Positions 54,383 through 64,000 of a DNA stretch of 64,000 nucleotides are shown here, one piece after another; positions within the stretch are counted from its first letter, which is position 1, and each line of letters begins with the position of its first letter. The position numbers were made by a program, and so were the translations under genes. This DNA comes from Octopus vulgaris. Its lineage: Eukaryota. Location: NCBI GenBank assembly GCA_951406725.2, contig OX597826.1, positions 38,502,001 through 38,566,000 on the forward strand. The letters run 5' to 3'. Below the pieces are notes generated by a model, which worked only from the letters and a program-made list of their open reading frames with translations, did no database searches and was not told the origin of the DNA.

Positions 54383-56690
54383 GATGCAGTAAATGTTGTT
54401 GGTAGAAATGCAGGTAAAGTGATATGATAGTGACAATAACGGATGCCTGTGAGGATAGTGGTGTTAGAGAGGGAGGGGAAAGTGTGGGAGCAGGAGAATG
54501 AGTCAGGTTAAGAGGTGGGATTAGAGAAGAAAGTGTGGACCAGGAGGTCACACAGGTTGTGGGTTTGTTTGAAGGAGGGAGGGGCTAGGTTGGAGAATAT
54601 ATACGAGATGGAGGGGTCAGACTGGAGTTACTGGAAGGCTTAGAGAATGGTGCATTAGAGGGGCAGGGTGGAGGAGTGGAGGTGAGGGGAAACAGAAGAC
54701 AGACAATGGCAGGGCAGGAGCAGGGAGATAGAGAGCAAAGGCATGGAACATGCTCTGGCAAGGGCTGTGTGGATAGTGGTGAGGGGATATCCACGAAGGA
54801 TGAAGTGGCAAGCCATGAGTTGAGACAGTCTCAAAGTCATGGTTGTCACTGCAGAACCTGCACAGACTGAGAAATTGGGAGTAGGGGACGGAAAGCTTGG
54901 TGTTGGTAGGGTGGAAAGAGGAGAAGTTAATGTAGGAGTGTGAGTTGGTGTGTTTGTAGTGGATGGAGGGAGTGAGAACAGAGTGGTGTATGTTAACCAA
55001 AATGCCAAGAAATGTAATGGAAGGACTGGACAAAAGAGAAGAAGGAGTCTAGTTGTTTGCAGGAGAGTGAGGTTGCACCAGTACAGTCATCAATATAATG
55101 ACCATATAGTTTAGGAGTGGGACCAATGAATCATGAGAATATTTGGGCCTCAATGTAGCCAGCGAACAGGTTTGCATAATTGGGGCCAATTCTCGTTCCC
55201 ATGGCCACTCCCGAGAACTGTTGGTAAAAATACCCTTCGAGCAAGAAGCAGTTGAGGGAGAGAACAAGTTCAGCCAGATGAAGAAGTGTGGAGGTATCAA
55301 GTTGGGGGTTGGGTGCAAGGATCAAAGAAGTCCTTTGTTGTGTGGGATCACTGTATATAGGCTTTTGATATCAAGAGTGAAGAGAAGTTTAGAGGAGCCA
55401 GGAGGAAAGGAGAAAGAGTTAAAGAGATGGAGAGCATGGTTAGTGTCGTGGATGTGGGAGGGAAGCCACTAGTGGGGTAAGGACATGGTTGGGGTATTTA
55501 GAGATCAGTTCCATGGGGCAATTACAGGCGGAGATGATGGGGTGGAAGGGTTGTTGGGCTTGTGGATTTGGGGAAGGAAGTAAATGGTGGGGGGGTGTGG
55601 AGTGCAGACAATGAGGTTGGAGGTGGTGGGAGGAAGATAGAAGAAGGGGTCGAGGTCATGGATACTGGAGGACACAGTCTGTTGGTAGTTAGGTGTGGGT
55701 TGGAGGGCAGAGGGCAATAGGAAGTGTCTTGAAGTTGGTGGAAAGCTTCAGCCTTGTAGAGGTCCACACACCACACCACCATGGCTCCACCCTTGTCGGC
55801 TGGTTTTATGATGATGTCTTTGTGGTAACGGAGACATCGAAGAGATGATAGTTCAGCTGGGGAGATGTTAAAATGTTGGAGATGCCTGTGAAAATTAAAT
55901 CAGTCCACAACAGGTTGGCAGATGCTTGCATAATGATCAGCTGCTTGGAATTGGCCAGGAGCTGACGTCCGGTGGGATGGTCAGCAACCCAGTTTGGTGA
56001 AGCAGTCCTCTTCATTAGATGCAGGTAGAGTGTTGTGGAATAGTGCATACAGCCTGACATGGCAGACAAAGCTATGAATATTAGCACGGGTCTGAAATTC
56101 GTTACTGGATGGAGTGAAAAGGATGAAGTGGATGCCCCTACTGAGAAGAGAGCACTCTGTCTCAGTGAGGAAGATCAGAAGGAATGGTAACAACAGACTG
56201 AAGTGGAGAGGGGTGGGAGGCAATGGAAGCCTGGAAGGAGAAAGGAGGAGTAAGTGTGTGGGGGTTGGAGTAACGGAAGGGTTGAGATGAGGGGGAGTGT
56301 ATTGGATGGGACAGAATAATGGAGTGGGTCGAGTTTATGTTGTTTAGTGCAAGCGAGGAACTTGTGGAAAAAATGATTTTGTGGAATGTGCAAAGGAAGG
56401 TGAAAGACAGGAGACAAAGGTGGAATAAGCGAGAGGGAGAAGGCAATTGAGAGCATATATTTTGGAGAGACTAGAACGAATGTGGCATGCATAAGGTGGT
56501 AGGGAGTAGTACAGTGTATAGGTAGGATGACAGAAGTAGAGTGGAAAGTGAGGTGGAAATGGGGGCAGAAACCTTTGGGGATGAGGTAGTGGTGAAGGTA
56601 GCAACTGAGAAAGGAAATGTGACTACTAAAGCGTGTTTTTTTGAAAATCAGTAGGGGAGGTAGAGCAGAAATTCTGACTGCCTCCTTCAT
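54383..56690 (-). mobile_element. Penelope-like retroelement (RT plus start of C-terminal GIY-YIG), decayed
   Basis: HISFLSCYLHHYLIPKGF; IIKPADKGG; IYFLPQIHKPNNP; YQQFSGVAMGTRIGPNYANLF; YIDD; ITFLGI...YKHTNSHSYINFSSFHP; FTCISTNNIYCIS; many frameshifts and stops. Confidence 0.9.
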
Positions 56691-57689
56691 CTAAATATAC
56701 AATGTCTGTACACCACTTCAAACATGCTATACATATGTATGTGTGTGTGTGTTTAAATTTAAGTCACAATATATGAATTCAACTAATCTGGTGGTACTCA
56801 CAAAAAAGTTCCTTAATGTAGCATTCTACAAACTATATAGAATATGTAGTACAATACAAAAGAAAAACATAAGGAGTGTATAAAATTATAAATAAAGACA
56901 GAAATATACTATGATAAAATTTATTTGTCATTGGATATTCATATTTGATAACAATTATTTTGCAGATTAATAAGCATGTATAAATAATTTATTTTATTAA
57001 ATTTTATTATAAATTATTTACATGTCTGTATTAATATATGTACAATTTTTAAATTACTGCAGATATTAAGCTTGCTTTTTCAGGTTAAAAGAATTCCATG
57101 TTTAAAAGTATATCTCAACTGGCAGTGCCCCAGTATGACCACAGCCTTCGGACTGAAACAGATAAAAGAATAACACTTCAAAATGCAGAGAGTCAATTTG
57201 TCAAAACATTAAGATATAGAAGACAATAAGAATAGAATTAGTAGAATTAATAAAGTGGTTTTATATGGAAGAAAAAGAAAATTAAAATATTAAAAAATAA
57301 TAGATAATTTTGGTATAAGAGAAGGTTGAACTAGAATTGCATGCGCATTTTTCAATTCTAGTTTCATACTATTTAAGGCAATGCTTGTAATATTTTATAT
57401 ATGTACCGTATTTCTCCTAATGGTGTGGCAGCCTCTAATAAACTGACTCCCGAACGCCAACCAGTTAACATAGTGTGACTGTCACAATATTAAAAAATGT
57501 ACAATAAAATCGATAATAATTGTCGATAAAATGGTTACAAGAATCTGGTTGAGTGACATGACTTGGCAATATTATAACGAAAATTTCCATAAAAGCTGCA
57601 AACCTGACCCACAACCTCCCAAAAGTAAAAAAATGGCAGTCATTCACCAGTGAGATAACTTACTTTGATGGCAGGACCAGATTCATATC

Positions 57690-59630
57690 CTAATAAGGAT
57701 ACAACCTCAGGTCAAACTTGAGGTTGGTCATATTTGTGAAAGTGCCACAGCCATTGGTTGATGCACAATCACACTCATTATTGTGTAATTTGGGGTAATT
57801 GGCCTCATGTTTCCTAGTGTACCTGAGCAATGTATTCTCCTCAAACAGGAATGTTTGTTTAACATTTTCAGGCAGCAAATGATAAATGTGCTTCCAAAAA
57901 TCATGCGCACACTTACCTGCCACCAATAATATTTCTCAAGTTGGCTACCAGTTTAGTTCCAGATGAAGATGCAATATCATGAATTTCACAAATGACAATA
58001 TCATTACTGGACTGCATGTATTTGGCCAACAAAGGCAGCTGGTGGATAACCTGTATTGTGCTGTTCACAAAACATGCATTTCTCTCATTGATCAGCGAGA
58101 TGTACAGCTTTGCAACCGTGTTGTCAAATCTAACCTTTTTCAATTTCGCTCTCTCTCTTTACTCTCGTTTACTTGTTTCAGTCATTTGACTGAGGCCATA
58201 CTGGAGCACCGCCTTTAGTCGAGCAAATCGACCCCGGGACTTATTCTTTGTAAGCCCAGTACTTATTCTATCGGTCTCTTTTGCTGAACCGCTAAGTGAC
58301 GGCGATGTAAACACACCAGCATCGGTTGTCAAGCAATGCTAGGGGGACAAACACAGACACACACATATATATACATATATACAACAGGCTTCTTTCAGTT
58401 TCCATCTACCAAATCCACTCACAACGCATTGGTCGGCCCAGGGCTATAGCAGAAGACACTTGCCCAAGATGCCACGCAGTGGGACTGAACCCGGAACCAT
58501 GTGGTTGGTTAGCAAGCTACTTACCACACAGCCACTCGCTGTCCATATTAATGACAACTTTGTTCTTCTTAGTCGCCTTTTTAGCCAGTTTAATAATTTT
58601 AAGCCTCACATTACACAATGGAAATGGCTCCATATTAATGCACTCTCTCAAATAGTTGTATTCTTTCCAAGCGCTGGAATTGCACATGATCAAACTCGAT
58701 GGATCAAGATCGGTCAAGTGAACATTGCATAGTTTGTGAGCTCTGGACAAGGCCAAATAAGCCATACCACTGGAGAAAACGCCAGTCCCCAAATCAACAA
58801 TGACACGATGCTTATTCCCTGTGATTTGTGGATAGAAATTGCATATGCAATACACAAGGGAAATTGATCTCTCGTGATGAACATACCAGGTGGCAATTTG
58901 TAATTGATTTTGATAGTTTTGATGGAGAAGACTTTGTTTAAACTATCAAAGAGAATGTCAATGGAAGCAATCCTTCCAAATTCATAGTTGAGTCTCTTAA
59001 TAGTTCCAAACTATCCGTGGTAATAATGCTCCAAAGTATCCATGGTCAGTCTAATGTTTGATGACTTTACAATTCGCTCTTTGACAGAACAGAAATAGCC
59101 AAGATTATATCTCAACCACATTTCTTCATTAGTATTTCTGGCTTTGTTTGGAGGCACGCATTTGTATTTACTTGCAATCTCATACAAATTCACATGCTCC
59201 ATCGAATTGGGTCTGCTTGGATACAAATTTTCCACCATGTTCTCATAATAAAGATTGGTGGACTCCAGCTCCAATTGGTCCACTTCATACTTAGGTCTGA
59301 ACTTATGCGATTGGTAACTAGGCAATATCGCTCCAATCCAAATAATGCTTTCAGAACACCCATAGTAATGGTGGCCAAGCAGATTGCCAGCAACTTCATA
59401 GGTACCTGTTTCACACTTGCCCATCAACTGAAGTCCGACTCTCTTATACTTTGAATAAATGGGCTTGGATTCGTCAATCTCAGCCCAAATGCCTTCAGAG
59501 TCACTCTTTTTGGACATTGTCTGATAACTAGTAATATATCAGTTTAGAATCATGCCATCTCCATCAATGTACTGTATATTGACATTCACCTTCCAGACAT
59601 ACATAACAAGAGGGTTATAGTCATTAATGA
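57690..59630 (-). mobile_element. Helitron/Helentron Rep-helicase remnant with downstream USP-like fragment
   Basis: Rep C-terminus NDYNPLVMYVWKVNVNIQY...YEVAGNLLG...YPSRPNSMEHVNLYEIASKY (59011-59630). PIF1 end RDQFPLCIAYAISIHKSQG..VIVDLG..FSSGMAYLALSR (58540-58980). LINERNACFVNSTIQ and CAHDF (57690-58143). Internally deleted and split by a SINE. Confidence 0.85.
58151..58535 (-). mobile_element. SINE family A inserted in the Helentron
   Basis: Near-identical to 61479-61900; TCGCT is present at both junctions. Confidence 0.88.
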
Positions 59631-59680
59631 ACTCTAAAACCCTAACCCTGACTCTAAAACCCTAACCCTAACTCTAAAAG
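59631..59680. repeat. 2.5 x 20-bp tandem repeat containing telomere-like CCCTAA units
   Basis: ACTCTAAAACCCTAACCCTG ACTCTAAAACCCTAACCCTA ACTCTAAAAG. Confidence 0.85.
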
Positions 59681-60500
59681 TTGTCCCATAGGAACCTCTA
59701 GTTGTCTTCTACATCATGTGATGCTATATCCTCTTCTATTTCATCAAAAGCTTTGAATAATATGTCTCTAAATCTCTGTCCATTTGCAGGATCCTTAAGC
59801 TTCCAGACCCTTCTCCATGCTAGTCGTCTTCAGGGCATCCATTTAACCCTGTTCCTGAAGTTGCTAACTACTAATCTATGTTGTGGAGTGCATTCTTCAG
59901 AAGGTTTTAGCATTTATAAGTAGCCATCTTTCCCATTTCCTGGCAAGGATGTACCAATTTGACTAGTTTGTAACACAACATCAGTAGGTGAATAGATGAC
60001 TGACACATTTCCTGAAGTTAGTATTGCAAATAAGATCATTTGCATCACAGAACTCCAGCAGCCTGGTTCCCTCCTCATTGTAGGAACCAAAACCATAGCC
60101 TCCATGTGCACTATGGAAGCTCCCCTGCATGTTGTCCAACATACCCATTGAAGTCACCAGCCACAAAGAGAAGGTCCCTGTCATTCGTTGATGAGGTAGT
60201 CTGCAAGAGGGTGTCATAAAATTGGTCTTTCTGTTCATCAGGAAGCCCTGGCTGAGGGGCTTAAGCTGAGATAATGGTTGCTTAACCATGTTGCAGCACT
60301 AATCTAATCTTAAGTATTCTATCACAGACTCTGACCACCTCGATTACCTTATCAATCCATTTCTCTGCAAGAAGTATACCCACACCCCCGACCCTGTCAG
60401 TGTTCCCTGCCCAGAAAATCTTATACCTATATTCCTTGCCTGTGAGGAACCTAGCAGAACTTCCTCTCCACCTTACTTCTTGGACTCTGGGTGTAAGGTT
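59681..60500 (-). mobile_element. RTE-clade LINE fragment (AP endonuclease region)
   Basis: YKIFWAGN..GGVGILL; VAGDFNGHVG; GGYGFGSYNEEGTRLLEFCDANDLICNTNFRK; PQHRLVV; frameshifted. Confidence 0.88.
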
Positions 60501-61478
60501 TTAGCACCTGTAGAGAACAAACCAAGACATGACAGAGTTGGCCAATATCTACACTGGAAAGACAAAGTTGACCTCGGTGGAATTTGAACACAGAATGTGG
60601 AGACTGGCAAAATGCCACTACGCATTTCACCCAGTGTACTAACAATTATAGTAGTAGTAGTTGCCAATCTATTACCCTAGTCTGTCTTTCATCTTTTCAG
60701 GATGGAAGACATATTTAGGCTCACCAAGATTTTAATTCAGAGCACAAGAGCCAGAAAGAGTATCCATGAAGTACTTAATCTAATTTTAACAGCTCTGTCA
60801 ATTTGCTGCCTTACTTAAAAGCAACATAGATGAAAAATATTCAGACATTATTACCTTTTATAGATTGCTGTTTTTTACTAATTGTTTATTCCTCATAAAG
60901 TTCTCTAGTCACCATCTTGGTCCAAGCTAGGCAAATTTCGAATGCCAACTGTTTTTTTCATCGGTCCTTTGCGAGGGTCCAAGACTCTGTGATTTTCTCT
61001 TACATTCCTGGAATATTTTCAGAAATACATCAATTACTAGTAAAAAAAAAAGGGTGGAGGCATGCAGGTATTTTTGTAAAAACATGTTGAAGAATAAAAT
61101 CAAAGCAGACAGAAACTCTACCCTTCAGTTCTACAATGTAGGAACCTCTATGTAGTTGCTTGTTCTGCAAGAAAAAGCAGCCAAATTTCTCCTAAATTGT
61201 GCTTAACTATCATTAAAAAAGAAAGATAAATTCAACAACTAAATCCAATGATGTAAACAGTGGTAGCACTGTGTAGCTGATGAATGTCCTCTGTGAAATA
61301 TTATTTTGTGCTATTCAGGAAAAGTCCAACACTCGTCTGTTTAATACTGAGGGTAATGTGAGATAAGCATTGGCTGTATATATCCTTGTGATTCAAGAAA
61401 GATTAACATTTAGTTTTGGACATCTCATTCCTTCATATTTTAGTTTTAGCAGTTCCCACTGTCATCATTGCCCTTAAA

Positions 61479-61683
61479 TTTACTCTTTTACTTGTTTCAG
61501 TCATTTGACTGCAGCCATGCTGGAGCACCGCCTTTAGTCGAGCAAATCGACCCCGGGACTTATTCTTTGTAAGCTCAGTACTTATTCTATCGGTCTCTTT
61601 TGCCGAACCGCTAAGTGACGGGGACGTAAACACACCAGCATCGGTTGTCAAGCAATGCTAGGGGGACAAATACAGACACACAA

Positions 61684-61734
<51 letters not shown>

Positions 61735-61900
61735 TACGACAGGCTTCTTTCAGTTTCTGTCTACCAAATCCACTCACAAGGCATTGGTCGGCCCGGGGCT
61801 ATAGCAGAGGACACTTGCCCAAGATGCCAAGCAGTGGGACTGAACCTGGAACCATGTGGTTGGTTAGCAAGCTACTTACCACACAGCCACTCCTGCGCCT
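61479..61900 (-). mobile_element. Full-length SINE family A
   Basis: Head AGGCGCAGGAGTGGCTGTGTGGTAAG on -, internal (TA)n, tail GACTGAAACAAGTAAAAGAGTAAA. Confidence 0.9.
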
Positions 61901-63541
61901 ATTGTATCAAATCACTCATATACTCTTCACAGAGTTTTCCTTTTCTAAATTTATTCTTTTATTCTTTTACTTGTTTCAATTGCTGAACTGCAGTCATGTT
62001 GGGGCACCACTTTGCCGGGTTTTCAGCCAATCAAACCAACTCCAGTCTGGTGCTTATTCCATTAAGTCTGGTTTATGCTATCAACTGCTAAGTTATGGAG
62101 ATATAGACAAATCTATACCAGTTCTCAAGAGGTGAGGGACAAATGCAAATACATAAAAATATATCCATACACACATTCACACACAGAGATGCAGAATAGA
62201 ATGTGAATGTTAAATGATGAAATGATGATAACATACATATGTATATCACTTTCAAGTTATCTCTACAGATATTCTATAGAATTTAGAGCCAGTACTGAAA
62301 GTTATGATGTTTCATATGCAAAGACATGTATGTAAACAATGTGATCGAAGAGACAAAAATTGGTAATGGGTATATATGCGTATTTTAAGAGTTATTGATC
62401 CTTCTTTGGTACCGTGTCCACAAACACACTGTTTAAATAGCCACTAAGTTTAGCAGTGTAACATTATTGGATAGACTAATTTAAATATTAGACATATTCC
62501 TGGCATGATTTTTACAGCTGGATGACCTTTATAGTGTGGACTGGATGCTTTTTACAAGGTAAATGCACTGGTAGGGTCACCCAGTAATTTGTAAGAGGGG
62601 GTGGGGAATTGGAGGAGGTGGCCTTGTGCCAGTTGATGAGAGGTTAGTGTATGACAGAGGGGTAGAAACAGGTATTTTGTTGTAGGGAAGATACATGGTT
62701 ACCCAGACAGAAGGAGAGAGCAAGAGAGAAAGAACAATTAAGAATGAGAGAGAGTGCAAGAGAGAGAATGAGCCAGAAATGATGGTGTAGTACCTGCGCA
62801 TACTCAACTGAAATAAACATTAACAACTGTGTGACATGAGGGCTAAGGAGAAATGAAAGTGTCACCTCTGGAGTTTGCAAATGCCCACTATACTGATATG
62901 TAACTGGACGGAATAAATTTACAATCTATAAATGTCTTTGAATAACTAGTCACTCATGTGGGAAGGCCTTGAAATCAATGTTACCATCTGGAGACTATAT
63001 GTGACCCAGTGATAATAAAAAGACTGAAAGAAGGTCTGCAATCAAATAAATTTACTCAATACTTTGCAACTGAATCAGTGGAGGCAAAGATGCCTCTCAT
63101 TTACTTGACAATTTATGCAGCACAGTGCAGAAATCACAATCTAAGTGTATGTCAAAGCAAACTCTTACACTGTTGTACAATTGAATTACAAATAATACTC
63201 ATCTTTTATGCTCGGGTAACACTACAGCTTCCAAGAGCACAACTGTATTCGTTTTTGCTTAGATAAAATGACAAAATTGTGGGTGTTAAGTCCTCATGGA
63301 GGGGGTCTTTCTAACTTGTAAGAAGATGAAATTTTATAAATATTACTTCATTTGTGTCTAATATCTATGGTTGAAATTTCATCAACAGCAAAAATATATG
63401 AATTGTCATGGGGGTTATGGCCCTTATGCATAGAATATAATTTCCAAATTTCATGAGCCATTCAGTACTTTTGACCTAGTTTTGGATCATAAAAGAAATT
63501 ACTAAAATTTGGGAGTTAAGGCCCCCATTAGGGTATTATAT

Positions 63542-63574
<33 letters not shown>

Positions 63575-63903
63575 GAGAGAGAAAGAAAGAGAGAGAGAGA
63601 GAGAGAGATACACACACACACACACACACACATACAAAGATAAATTGATAGATACAACTTAGTGGGCAAACAAAAATATGGGACACAGCTTAGTGCTTTT
63701 TTTTTATGTTGATAAGCCTGGTACTTATTCTATTAGTTTGTTCTTTTGAAACCAGTAAGTTATGGGGGTGTAAATAAATGAACAGCAGTTGTGAAGCAGT
63801 GATGAGGGCGAAACACAGAGACAAAGACGCACACATACACTTACATATATACATACATATATATATATGATTGATTTGTTTCAGTTCCTGTCTACGCAGT
63901 CCA

Positions 63904-63940
<37 letters not shown>

Positions 63941-64000
63941 GTATGTATATACACACACACAACCTCATACAGCAATTGGTATATCAATATAACTTAATAG

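Overview
This is AT-rich, microsatellite- and SINE-dense animal genomic DNA. The repeat families resemble those of octopus/coleoid genomes, which is an inference. Three spliced protein-coding genes were rebuilt by hand from GT-AG exons with consistent phases. (1) A 16-exon INF2-family formin on + (1835-22036, about 1102 aa) has DID/FH3, FH2, a DAD/WH2-like motif and a basic tail, but no proline-rich FH1. (2) A 3-exon FBXL12-like F-box/LRR gene lies on + (39421-45211, about 302 aa). (3) A 4-exon TFB1M gene lies on - (52022-47654, about 338 aa). The rest is mobile DNA: several SINE families, RTE-LINE pieces, piggyBac-type and 9-bp-TSD MITEs, and a nest of decayed elements at 52.5-60.5 kb, all on the minus strand (Tc1/mariner, two different Penelope-like retroelements, a Helentron-type Rep/PIF1 element followed by a USP-like protease fragment, and an RTE endonuclease). 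The best leads are the FH1-less formin, the Helentron-USP arrangement, a circularly permuted inverted unit with a degenerate hammerhead core at 36.4-36.9 kb, and the single-strand transposon nest beside the TFB1M promoter. No database searches were run; family calls rest on motifs read by eye.
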